This document shows positions 20,651 through 29,639 of a stretch of 64,000 nucleotides of DNA, in pieces. Origin of the DNA: an uncultured Actinomycetota bacterium. GTDB lineage: Bacteria; Actinomycetota; Humimicrobiia; Humimicrobiales; Humimicrobiaceae. Each line of letters starts with the position of its first letter. Within the stretch, counting starts at the first letter, position 1. The position numbers and the translations under genes were made by a program. The DNA lies in contig CAZSXW010000004.1 in the NCBI GenBank assembly GCA_964610385.1, positions 21,452-85,451 on the forward strand, in the 5' to 3' direction. A model generated the notes under the pieces. It was not told where the DNA came from. It did not search any database and saw nothing but the letters and a program-made list of their open reading frames with translations.

Positions 20651-21952
20651 TTACTTCTTATCCTTTCCTTTACCCCGGCTGAAATATTTGTTTATAATGT
20701 CTATCGCGCAGTATTTCCCGCACATGGTGCATTTATTGCTGCTGATCTTGCTCTCTTTTCTGAGCCTACCTGCTTTTTCAGGGTCAATAGACAGGTCTAT
20801 TTGTTTTTTCCAGTCCAGGTTCTTTCTGGCTATTGCCATTTGCAGGTCTTTATCAATAGCACCTCTGATACCCTTGGCAATATCTGCAGCATGAGCTGCA
20901 ATTCTGGTGATGATGACACCTTCCCTGACATCATCGGCAGTAGGGAGTCTTAGATGCTCGGAGGGTGTAAGATAACATAAATAGTCGGCGCCATAGTAAG
21001 CAGCCAGAGTCCCACCGATAGCACCTGTAATATGATCATAGCCCGGTGATATATCGGTAACAAGAGGCCCCAGGACATAAAAGGGTGCATCGTTGCAGAG
21101 CTTTTTTTCCAGTAAGACGTTTGCCTTTATATGATCGACAGGCATATGGCCGGGACCTTCTATTATTACCTGTACTCCCTCAGCCCTGGTTCTTTTGGCC
21201 AGTTCACCCAGTGTAATCAGTTCCTGTATCTGCCCCCTGTCTGTGGAGTCGGCGAGGCAGCCGGGCCGCAAACTATCTCCCAGGCTTAAAGTCACATCGT
21301 ATTTTTTAGCTATCTCCAGGAGTCTGTCGTAATGCTCAAATAGGGGATTTTCTTTCCGGTTATATAGCATCCATACAGCAAGGAAAGCTCCGCCTCTGCT
21401 TACAATGTCAAGGAGCCTGCCCTGTTCCTTTAATCTTTTTAAAGCTTCCATGGTCACACCACAGTGCACGGTCATAAAATCAACGCCGTCTTCTGCCTGT
21501 TTCTCTATAGCTTCAAATATATGGTCCTCACTCATATTTATAATACCTTTGATCTTGGCACACTCTATGGCAGCCTGGTAGATGGGGACTGTACCTACAG
21601 GTACAGGTGATCTCTCTATAATGGTTTTCCTGATTTTATCAATATTCCCACCGGTGCTTAAATCCATAATGGTATCGGCTCCCGCCTTGACTGCCGTGTC
21701 CAACTTTTTTATTTCATCCTTAAGGATGGTATGCTCCGAAGAAGTCCCTATGTTTGCATTTACTTTTGTCCTCAGGCCTTTTCCTATCCCTGATAAAGAT
21801 TTTAGAGTTTTGTGCTTTTTATTGTAGGGGATTACAATGCTTCCCCTTGCTATATTCTCGATCAAATACTGCAGCTTTACTCCTTCCTTTTCAGCTACAG
21901 TTTTCATTTCCTTTGTTGTTCTTCCCGATCTGGCCTCATTTAATAGAGTCAC
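20651..21952 (-). CDS. thiC: Phosphomethylpyrimidine synthase
   Basis: 433 aa with the highly conserved ThiC core and a C-terminal CxxCxxxxC Fe-S motif (CTMCGKYC). Confidence 0.9.
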   Translation of the reverse strand: MTLLNEARSGRTTKEMKTVAEKEGVKLQYLIENIARGSIVIPYNKKHKTLKSLSGIGKGLRTKVNANIGTSSEHTILKDEIKKLDTAVKAGADTIMDLSTGGNIDKIRKTIIERSPVPVGTVPIYQAAIECAKIKGIINMSEDHIFEAIEKQAEDGVDFMTVHCGVTMEALKRLKEQGRLLDIVSRGGAFLAVWMLYNRKENPLFEHYDRLLEIAKKYDVTLSLGDSLRPGCLADSTDRGQIQELITLGELAKRTRAEGVQVIIEGPGHMPVDHIKANVLLEKKLCNDAPFYVLGPLVTDISPGYDHITGAIGGTLAAYYGADYLCYLTPSEHLRLPTADDVREGVIITRIAAHAADIAKGIRGAIDKDLQMAIARKNLDWKKQIDLSIDPEKAGRLRKESKISSNKCTMCGKYCAIDIINKYFSRGKGKDKK

Positions 21953-22577
21953 TTATAATAACCTCCCTGAATTTTTTACATTCCTTCTCAATATCATCCT
22001 TGGTCACTATGGCTGAGATAACCGCTATTGACCTTGCGCCCGCTTCAAGGACACTTTTAATATTATCTTGGTTTATTCCGCCGATAGCTACAAAAGGGAT
22101 TTTTATTGCTTTTTTGATATATTTTATTAAATCGACCCCTGACGGCGTCCCGGCATCAGGCTTTGTAGTTGTTTCAAAAATTGGGCTGATGCCGATATAA
22201 TCCGCCCCTATTATTTCGGCTTCTATAGCTTCACCTATATTGTGGACAGTAAAACCGATTATTTTCTTATCTCCGAGTAGTCTCCTTGCATCCTGGTAAA
22301 GCATGTCCTCGTTTCCTAGGTGAACTCCATCGGCATCCACTGCCAGGGCAATATCTACCCTGTCATTTATTATAAAAAGAACGCTGTTCTCCCTGCAGAG
22401 CTGACCTATTTTTTTCGCTTCATCTGTCATCTCTCTGGTGTTTAAGTCTTTTTCTCTGTACTGGATTATTTTAACCCCTGCTCTTACTGCCGACCCAACA
22501 TCTTCAAGTACGGTTCTTCTGGTAAGTCTTGAGTCTGTTATAAAGTACAGATCTATATCATTCAGTCTTTCTTTCAT
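21936..22577 (-). CDS. thiE: Thiamine-phosphate synthase
   Basis: 213 aa of TMP-TENI fold. It overlaps thiC by 17 nt. Confidence 0.85.
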   Translation of the reverse strand: MKERLNDIDLYFITDSRLTRRTVLEDVGSAVRAGVKIIQYREKDLNTREMTDEAKKIGQLCRENSVLFIINDRVDIALAVDADGVHLGNEDMLYQDARRLLGDKKIIGFTVHNIGEAIEAEIIGADYIGISPIFETTTKPDAGTPSGVDLIKYIKKAIKIPFVAIGGINQDNIKSVLEAGARSIAVISAIVTKDDIEKECKKFREVIISDSIK

Positions 22578-23370
22578 CTATCCTCTTTTCAATTTTTTCC
22601 ATTTTTTTAATCTGGTCTTCTCTTAGGTCAAAAATTCTATCAAGTAAAACAGCTTTGAAGGCATCCGGTGTCTTTGCAGTTTCGGCGGCAATCTCTCCTG
22701 CTATTCCAAGAAAGGAAAGTGCATATGCAGAGGCCATAGTATAATCTTTCTCGACTGCAGCGAAGGTCCCTATCAACGAGCTGGCCATGCATCCTGAACC
22801 TACAAAACTTCCCATCATAGGATGACCGTTTTTACAGATATAAATATCCTTTCCGTTAGATATAATATCTTCCTTTCCCGTTATTACTACAGTAAGATGG
22901 TTGTTACTGGCCAAAGTTTTTGCTATTTCTGTCAGGTCTCCCTTTACCGATATTGCTTCAACGCCTTTTGTTTCTGCATCTGCTCCGGCAAGTGTTCCGA
23001 TTTCAGACGAATTTCCCTTAAGAATCGATACTTTGACTTTCTCCAGGATCTCTTTTGCCTTATCTGTTCTTAAATCCGTAGCACCCACGCCGACTGCATC
23101 CAGTACCACCGGTATGTCTTTTTCATTCGCCCTCCTGCCTGCCAGTATCATCGACTTAACCAGGTCCACCGTAAGAGTGCCAATATTCAAAACCAGAGCT
23201 CCTGATATGGAAGTCATCTGCTCGACTTCCTCAGGCGCGTGGGCCATGACAGGTAGGGCACCTGTGATCCTTACAATATTTGCACAGTCGTAAATGGTCA
23301 CCCAGTTTGTTATATGATGTATCAAGGGTTTCTGCTCTTTTATTTTAGTCAAAATCTCAATCATACCCAT
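22558..23370 (-). CDS. thiM: Hydroxyethylthiazole kinase
   Basis: 270 aa. It is the first gene downstream of the TPP riboswitch. Confidence 0.85.
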   Translation of the reverse strand: MGMIEILTKIKEQKPLIHHITNWVTIYDCANIVRITGALPVMAHAPEEVEQMTSISGALVLNIGTLTVDLVKSMILAGRRANEKDIPVVLDAVGVGATDLRTDKAKEILEKVKVSILKGNSSEIGTLAGADAETKGVEAISVKGDLTEIAKTLASNNHLTVVITGKEDIISNGKDIYICKNGHPMMGSFVGSGCMASSLIGTFAAVEKDYTMASAYALSFLGIAGEIAAETAKTPDAFKAVLLDRIFDLREDQIKKMEKIEKRIDERKTE

Positions 23371-23436
23371 TAAGATCCCCTTTCTTACCGGATTTGTTTT
23401 ACCATTTTATTTTAAAAATCATTAATTGACACTGGT

Positions 23437-23490
23437 TAAAAAAACAAAAAACTGCTGACCTTATTGAAGATTGCCGGCCCGGTAAGCAGT
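23437..23490 (-). terminator. Riboswitch expression-platform terminator (attenuator)
   Basis: On the minus strand, ACUGCUuACC...GGUcAGCAGU is followed by UUUUUUGUUUUUUU. It lies between the aptamer and the thiM start. Confidence 0.6.
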
Positions 23491-23499
23491 TTTTATAGT

Positions 23500-23595
23500 T
23501 TTGACTTTTCCTACGCTAGCATTATCTAGGTCAGGTTTAGGGGTCGACGGTCTATTATTGAGACCGTCCTCTCAGCCAAATAAGCTCCCCCAAGT
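23500..23595 (-). promoter_or_regulatory. TPP (THI-box) riboswitch controlling thiM-thiE-thiC-thiL
   Basis: The minus strand reads GGGGAGC...CUGAGA...ACCC..AACCUGAcCUAGAUAAUGCUAGCGUAGGAAA. This matches the THI element consensus (GGGGUGC, CUGAGA, ACCUGAUCUGGAUAAUGCCAGCGUAGGGAA). Confidence 0.85.
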
Positions 23596-23659
23596 ATTTA
23601 TAAATATTTAATTTTCAAAGATTTTTCTTTATAATATAAAAGAAAAAATACATACAGAT

Positions 23660-23703
23660 TTGTCAGCTTTAAGGATATTATCACAAAAAGAGTTAGCTGA
23701 CAA
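23660..23703. repeat. Perfect 9-bp inverted repeat with a 26-nt spacer (TTGTCAGCT...AGCTGACAA) in the hrcA upstream region
   Basis: Seen directly in the sequence. It is not the CIRCE consensus. Confidence 0.5.
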
Positions 23704-23744
23704 TGTAAGGGATATCAATTAAAAAATATTTCGGTATCCGGGTC

Positions 23745-24794
23745 GTGGTAAAAGTGCAATTTACAGAAAGAAAAAGTCTGATACTGAGGGAAGTCATAAG
23801 CAGATTTATAATAGACGCAGATCCCGTTTCTTCAAAGAACATAGCACAGAATTTAGAACTAGATCTGAGTCCAGCGACTATAAGGAAAGAAATGGCCGAG
23901 CTTGAAGAAATGGGCTATCTGACTCAGCCACACACCTCGGCTGGTAGAACGCCTACAGATAAAGGATATAGGTTTTATGTCGATAATGTTATCAGGGAAG
24001 AACTCGATACAGGTGTGATGAATGACAAAGACACCCCAGGGCTTGACCTGATAATAAATAAGGATATGGAGATAGAGACTATCCTCCAGAAGTCTGCTGA
24101 AATACTGGCTAAATTTACTAATTACCTATCCATGGTCGCAGCTCCGGCAATTCACCAGAGCAGGATAAAACATATCGAGCTTTTAAAATTTAACGGAGGA
24201 AGCCTGCTTATGGTTCTGATAACTGATACCGGGAGAGTTTATAAAAAGAGTGCCGTTATAGAAGGCAAATATACCGATCTGGATCTGCAGGGTGTGGCCA
24301 GTATTTTAAATTCGCAATTAAGGGATAAAAATATTATTGATATCACTGCTGAGGATATAAAAATACAGGAAGGCGACTCCTATCTAATACTGCTTGTCAA
24401 AAAGATCGTAGAGCTGATAAAAGAATGCATCAAAGAGAACTTTTATTATAACAGGATCTTTATTCACGGGACATCTGTGATACTGCAGCAGCCTGAGTTT
24501 ATAGACCTAAAAAAGATTCAAAACATCATGCAGGTTGTGGAAGATGAATATTTGCTTACCAAACTGCTGCTGGATTTTTCCAGGGGTGGGGATTTTATGG
24601 TAAAAATAGGTTTGGAGTTATTTGAAGAAGGAACTGAAGACTTAAGTCTTATAGCATCAAGATACAGGATTTATGGAAATTCCACCGGAGCCATAGGAGT
24701 TTTAGGGCCTAAAAGAATGGACTACCCGAAAGTAATAAGAAATCTCAATCTTTTCAGAAAGAATCTTACCGATATATTTGATTCCAGGGCATAA
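23745..24794 (+). CDS. hrcA: Heat-inducible transcription repressor HrcA (GTG start)
   Basis: 349 aa with an HrcA-type N-terminal wHTH and the conserved C-terminal domain. Confidence 0.85.
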   Translation: MVKVQFTERKSLILREVISRFIIDADPVSSKNIAQNLELDLSPATIRKEMAELEEMGYLTQPHTSAGRTPTDKGYRFYVDNVIREELDTGVMNDKDTPGLDLIINKDMEIETILQKSAEILAKFTNYLSMVAAPAIHQSRIKHIELLKFNGGSLLMVLITDTGRVYKKSAVIEGKYTDLDLQGVASILNSQLRDKNIIDITAEDIKIQEGDSYLILLVKKIVELIKECIKENFYYNRIFIHGTSVILQQPEFIDLKKIQNIMQVVEDEYLLTKLLLDFSRGGDFMVKIGLELFEEGTEDLSLIASRYRIYGNSTGAIGVLGPKRMDYPKVIRNLNLFRKNLTDIFDSRA

Positions 24795-24894
24795 CTTTGC
24801 CTGATCAAAACTGGAAAAAAATAATGAAATGAGTTATTATTTCTGCGCTGTTGTTATATAAAATTTAAAAATCGGGTTTTTGAGGTGTTTTTAA

Positions 24895-25953
24895 TTGGCT
24901 GCAAATAAAAGAGATTATTATGATGTTCTGGGATTACGACAAGACTGTACCCTGGCTGAAATAAAAAGAGAATATAGAAGGCTTGCTCATAAGTATCACC
25001 CTGACGTGAACAACGGTAATCCTGAAGCAGAGGAGAAGTTTAAAGAAATAACAGAAGCATATGCTGTGCTGAGCAATAATGAAAAAAGAAGACAGTATGA
25101 CCAGTTTGGGTTCAGCAGAAATCTGTTTGAGGATTTTGATTTCAGCAGTATATTTTCTGAGTTTGGCTTCGGTAGTATATTTGATACATTCTTGAGAAGC
25201 AGGACAAGAGAAAGAGGTTCCGATCTGAATGCCGAAGTAAAAGTAAGTTTAAAGCAGGCTGCATATGGAGTGAAAAAAGAGATTGAATACAGGGTTGATG
25301 ATATTTGCGAAGCGTGTAATGGCAAAGGCAGTACTTCTGCCGACGGTATTGTGACCTGCAGCCAGTGTAATGGGACCGGAAGGATAAGAACGGCCAGGCA
25401 GACTTTTATTGGAAATATTATTACCACATCGACGTGCAGGGCCTGTGATGGTACTGGAAAGATAATAAAAGACCCCTGTAGAAAATGCAGGGGGAAAGGG
25501 CATTACAGTAGAAATAAAAGAATCAATGTGGATGTCCCTCCAGGTATAAATAGCGGGGACAGATTAAGAGTCGCCGGGAAAGGTAACTCGCTTGGTAAAA
25601 ACTCCGAAAAAGGTGATCTATATATAACTGTAAGAGTGATCCCGCACCCCGGATTTAAAAGAGACGGCAAAGATATTCTATCCAATGTAGAGATATCTTT
25701 TGCACAGGCTGCTCTGGGATGTAAGTTAAAAGTCGAGACCCTTGACGGTATGGAAGAAATAAAAGTAAAGCCCGGGACTCAACCCAATGATAAAATTATT
25801 TTAAAATCTATGGGGATGGTTGATCTGAACGGGTATAGGAGAGGTGATCATATCATCAACGTGGATGTTAAGATCCCAAAAAGACTTTCCGGAAGGGAAA
25901 GAGAGCTTCTTAGAGAGTATGCAGAAAATAGAAAAGAAGTAACTGGTGGTTAA
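24895..25953 (+). CDS. dnaJ: Molecular chaperone DnaJ (TTG start)
   Basis: A J-domain (HPD motif: YHPDVN), a G/F region, four CxxCxGxG zinc-finger repeats and a C-terminal domain. The RBS GAGGTG sits 7 nt upstream of the TTG start. Confidence 0.9.
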   Translation: MAANKRDYYDVLGLRQDCTLAEIKREYRRLAHKYHPDVNNGNPEAEEKFKEITEAYAVLSNNEKRRQYDQFGFSRNLFEDFDFSSIFSEFGFGSIFDTFLRSRTRERGSDLNAEVKVSLKQAAYGVKKEIEYRVDDICEACNGKGSTSADGIVTCSQCNGTGRIRTARQTFIGNIITTSTCRACDGTGKIIKDPCRKCRGKGHYSRNKRINVDVPPGINSGDRLRVAGKGNSLGKNSEKGDLYITVRVIPHPGFKRDGKDILSNVEISFAQAALGCKLKVETLDGMEEIKVKPGTQPNDKIILKSMGMVDLNGYRRGDHIINVDVKIPKRLSGRERELLREYAENRKEVTGG

Positions 25954-26026
25954 AACGAGGTTACTTTTTTAGGATTCCTTTTTTAACCTTTATGAGATCA
26001 TCAAAATTATTAATACATTTTAAGAG

Positions 26027-26758
26027 ATGAGTTATCCATATTTTTTTACTGATGCCGGGAGTATTACAGGGGATAGAATAAAGATTACCGGGGAGGATCT
26101 GAATCACCTGGTCAATGTACTCAGAAATAGAATAGGAGATAAAGTCTATATTTCAGATAATAAAAGCTATAAATATAAAACAGAGATTGTAGATATGAAT
26201 AAGAACGAAGTCATATTACACATAATAGATAGGAAAAAAATTACTAAAAAGATCCCCTCTGTTACCCTTTACCAGTGTGTGCTAAAAAGGAATTCAATGG
26301 AATTTGTCATACAGAAATCAACTGAAATAGGAGTGGACAGGATCATACCTGTCCTAAGCGGAAGGGTCATCACTGATAAGAAAAAGATTGCCGGTAAGGT
26401 AGAAAGATGGCAAAAGATTTCGGACCGGGCTTCAAAGCAGTGCGGAAGGGATTTTAAATGTAAGATCCTTCCACCGGAGGATATTTATCATATTAAGATT
26501 TCAGATTATGATCTGTTTTTTATTCCCTATGAAGGAGGTACTGACGAAAAAGCTCTGATTGAAATCAGCAATGTCTCCAGCATCGGTTATATAATAGGTC
26601 CCGAGGGGGGTTTTGAGAATAGCGAAGTCAGTTTTTTAAAGGGTAAAAAAGCAAGAGAAATAAAATTTGGTAAAAATATCTACCGTTCCGAGACTGCAGC
26701 GATCTATTTTTTATCTATATTGGACTATTTGGTCAAAAGCCAAAAATTAGACAAATGA
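26027..26758 (+). CDS. rsmE: 16S rRNA (uracil1498-N3)-methyltransferase
   Basis: 243 aa of RsmE-family fold, in the dnaJ-rsmE-mtaB context typical of Firmicutes. Confidence 0.75.
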   Translation: MSYPYFFTDAGSITGDRIKITGEDLNHLVNVLRNRIGDKVYISDNKSYKYKTEIVDMNKNEVILHIIDRKKITKKIPSVTLYQCVLKRNSMEFVIQKSTEIGVDRIIPVLSGRVITDKKKIAGKVERWQKISDRASKQCGRDFKCKILPPEDIYHIKISDYDLFFIPYEGGTDEKALIEISNVSSIGYIIGPEGGFENSEVSFLKGKKAREIKFGKNIYRSETAAIYFLSILDYLVKSQKLDK

Positions 26759-28065
26759 AATTTTCAATAGATACACTCGGCTGCAAGGTAAATAGCAGTG
26801 AATCTGATTTTATTACCAGGGAGCTGCTGAAAAGGGGGCTGGAACTAGTTTCCTGGCAGGACCATCCTGATTTTTGTATTATAAATACCTGTACAGTCAC
26901 TTCACAGAGTGATAAAAAAACCAGACAGCTGATAAGAAGAATAAAAAAAAGAAATAAATCCAGTAGTGTAATCGTCACCGGATGTTTTGCTGTATACAAC
27001 AGGGAATTTTTGGACAGCCAGGAGGTCGATCGGATAATAAGCAATAAGGATAAAAACAGGATAGCGGAACTTATTGCAAAGGAAGCCAAGATCTGTGAAG
27101 ATCCGAATGCTGTTAGGCCGGTAAGCAATATTTGGTCCGCATGCCTCCATTCAAGGCCTATGGTAAAAATACAGGACGGATGCCAGCAGAAATGCAGCTA
27201 CTGTATAGTTCCAAAAGTCAGGGGAAAATACAAAAGCATCCCATTCCATCAGGTTTTAAGAGATATAAGAGATTTTCAGGGAGATGGTTTTGAAGAGATC
27301 GTCCTTACCGGTGTAAATATGGGAAAATATGGAATAGATCTTGGGAAAGGCGGATCTGACAAGGAGGGCGAAATAAGCAGTTTTGCAGAACTGCTGGAAA
27401 AGATCGCAGCAGGAACTGAGATAAAAAGAATAAGAATAAGCTCTATTGAAGTCAACGATATTAACAGCAGTCTAATCAGTGTATTAAAAAATAACAGAAA
27501 CCGCTTTGTCCACCATCTGCATATTCCTCTTCAAAGCGGAAGCAATAGAGTTCTTAGACTTATGAGGAGACCATATAATGCGCAGTACTATCTAAAAAAG
27601 ATCAAGGCCATACGGCGTATTTTTCCCGATATTACATTTACCACGGACGTAATGGTGGGGTTTCCAGGTGAGAGTAATAAAGATTTCATACAGACAGTAG
27701 AAATGGTAAAAGAAATAAATTTCAGCAAGGTTCATGTGTTCAGATTTTCAAAAAGAGCGGGTACGGAAGCTTACCTGCTTGGTGGGCAGGTAGGCGAGGG
27801 AATCAAGTTTGAAAGAAGTAAGATTTTAAGAGACATAGGGAGTCGGTTAAGGGATGCTTATATTGAAAGCAATATTGGAAAATCATTGAATATAATTTGT
27901 GAAAAGATAGGTGACCATGACAGTATCATAAGCGGGACGTCGGAAAATTACATCAAAGTGTATTTTTCTGAAGAAAAAAAGGATTTTTCTTCACTAAGAG
28001 GAAGGATAGTGAAAATTATTATAGCTTCCAGGTATAAAAACGGCCTTTGGGGAATATTAAGCTGA
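26755..28065 (+). CDS. mtaB: tRNA t6A37 methylthiotransferase MtaB (radical SAM, MiaB-like)
   Basis: An N-terminal MTTase domain (three Cys), a radical SAM CxxxCxxC motif (CSYCIVP) and a TRAM domain. Confidence 0.8.
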   Translation: MKFSIDTLGCKVNSSESDFITRELLKRGLELVSWQDHPDFCIINTCTVTSQSDKKTRQLIRRIKKRNKSSSVIVTGCFAVYNREFLDSQEVDRIISNKDKNRIAELIAKEAKICEDPNAVRPVSNIWSACLHSRPMVKIQDGCQQKCSYCIVPKVRGKYKSIPFHQVLRDIRDFQGDGFEEIVLTGVNMGKYGIDLGKGGSDKEGEISSFAELLEKIAAGTEIKRIRISSIEVNDINSSLISVLKNNRNRFVHHLHIPLQSGSNRVLRLMRRPYNAQYYLKKIKAIRRIFPDITFTTDVMVGFPGESNKDFIQTVEMVKEINFSKVHVFRFSKRAGTEAYLLGGQVGEGIKFERSKILRDIGSRLRDAYIESNIGKSLNIICEKIGDHDSIISGTSENYIKVYFSEEKKDFSSLRGRIVKIIIASRYKNGLWGILS

Positions 28066-28203
28066 GAGTATTAGGATTAAGTTGTTTCATGCTACATATA
28101 AATTCTAAAAAGTTGTAAAAATTTTTAAAAATAGTATAATCTCGCATTTAGGGTAAGATTGGCTATAATAATAATATAAAATTTAATAATTATATAAAAA
28201 TTA

Positions 28204-28548
28204 ATGGAAGACTGTCTTTTTTGTAAAATTATAAATAGGGAGATAAAAAGCGATATAGTTTTTGAGAGTGATAATATTTTAATATTTAAAGATGTATCAC
28301 CGCAGGCACCGGTGCATCTTCTGGCTGTGACAAAAAAACATATTACTTCTATATTAGAGATTGAAAAACTTGATTGTGAACTTATAAAAGAATTATTGGA
28401 AGCTATCGGCAGCATAGCTAAGAAGCTGGAGCTTGACAGGAAAGGGTTCAGAGTTGTTACTAATACCGGAAGTGGCGCTGGTCAGAGTGTAAATCATTTG
28501 CATTTTCATATATTGGGTAAAAGAAAATTTAATTGGCCGCCTGGTTAA
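28204..28548 (+). CDS. HIT-family (histidine triad) nucleotide hydrolase
   Basis: 114 aa ending in the HLHFHILG histidine-triad motif. Confidence 0.85.
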   Translation: MEDCLFCKIINREIKSDIVFESDNILIFKDVSPQAPVHLLAVTKKHITSILEIEKLDCELIKELLEAIGSIAKKLELDRKGFRVVTNTGSGAGQSVNHLHFHILGKRKFNWPPG

Positions 28549-28647
28549 GATCGCTGTGATTCAATTTATTTTCCTATTATCTGTCTTCTAAATTTATATG
28601 TTTGTAATTTAATAATTATATAGATAAAAATCATAAAAGGAGGAGTT

Positions 28648-29619
28648 TTGTCTCCAGTAAGGCAAAAACTGAATGTTGATTTTGAAGGCGGCCATTCAAT
28701 GGTCGAATTGATAGGGGATAGGGATGAGTTTTTACAGCTTATAGAAAGAAAATATAATGTAGAGGTTTTTGTTCTGGGAAATGAGATAGAAATATCAGGG
28801 AAAAGTAAAAACGTAAAAGAGGTTTTAAAGCTTATGGAGGAACTGATATTTCAAATAAACCTGGGGCAGAAATTAAATTCTCAGAAGGTAAGTGATTCAA
28901 TAAAAATAATGGAGGATAAATCAAATTTGAAACCACATGAAGTATTTAAAAGCGATATTGTGGTAAACAGCGGAAAGAAAATAAAACCGCGTACGGTGGG
29001 TCAAAAAAAATATATCGAGGCAATCAAAGAAAATACCATTGTTTTTGTGATAGGCCCTGCTGGAACAGGCAAGACTTATCTGGCACTGGCAATGGCTGTA
29101 GAGGCTTTAAAAGAAAATAGAATAGGGAGGATAATACTGATAAAACCCGTGGTTGAAGCAGGCGAGAAACTGGGATACCTGCCGGGTGATATATATGATA
29201 AGGTAAACCCTTATTTAAGGCCTTTGTATGATGCTCTGTATGAAATGCTGGATATAGAGAAGTTCCAGCAGTATCGCGATATGGGTATTATTGAAGTAGT
29301 ACCACTGGCTTATATGAGAGGAAGGACATTAAATGATTCCTTCATTATTCTGGATGAGGCTCAGAACACCTCTCCTGAGCAGATGAAGATGTTTCTTACC
29401 AGGTTGGGATTTGGCTCCAAGATAGTAGTGACAGGTGACATAACCCAGATCGATCTACCGCATGACAGGGAGTCAGGCCTTATCATAGTAAAGAACATTT
29501 TGGGAGGTATACAGGGGATCGAGTTTGTATATCTAAGCTCTAAAGACGTAGTAAGACATGAACTGGTACAGAGAATTGTAGATGCTTATAAAGTCTATGG
29601 AGAAAAGATTAAGAAATAA
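28648..29619 (+). CDS. phoH: PhoH-family ATPase (YbeZ-like)
   Basis: Walker A GPAGTGKTYLA, in the phoH-pgpH-ybeY gene order. Confidence 0.85.
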   Translation: MSPVRQKLNVDFEGGHSMVELIGDRDEFLQLIERKYNVEVFVLGNEIEISGKSKNVKEVLKLMEELIFQINLGQKLNSQKVSDSIKIMEDKSNLKPHEVFKSDIVVNSGKKIKPRTVGQKKYIEAIKENTIVFVIGPAGTGKTYLALAMAVEALKENRIGRIILIKPVVEAGEKLGYLPGDIYDKVNPYLRPLYDALYEMLDIEKFQQYRDMGIIEVVPLAYMRGRTLNDSFIILDEAQNTSPEQMKMFLTRLGFGSKIVVTGDITQIDLPHDRESGLIIVKNILGGIQGIEFVYLSSKDVVRHELVQRIVDAYKVYGEKIKK

Positions 29620-29639
29620 ACTTTATATTCGGGATCAAG

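Noticed and set aside
19919-20953. 344-aa ORF on the plus strand overlapping thiL and thiC
   Set aside because: It is antisense to two well-supported genes, with low-complexity translation and no RBS. This is a typical shadow ORF.
23596-23744. CIRCE (HrcA operator) upstream of hrcA
   Set aside because: I searched for TTAGCACTC-N9-GAGTGCTAA and close variants and found none. Only an unrelated 9-bp inverted repeat with a 26-nt spacer is present.
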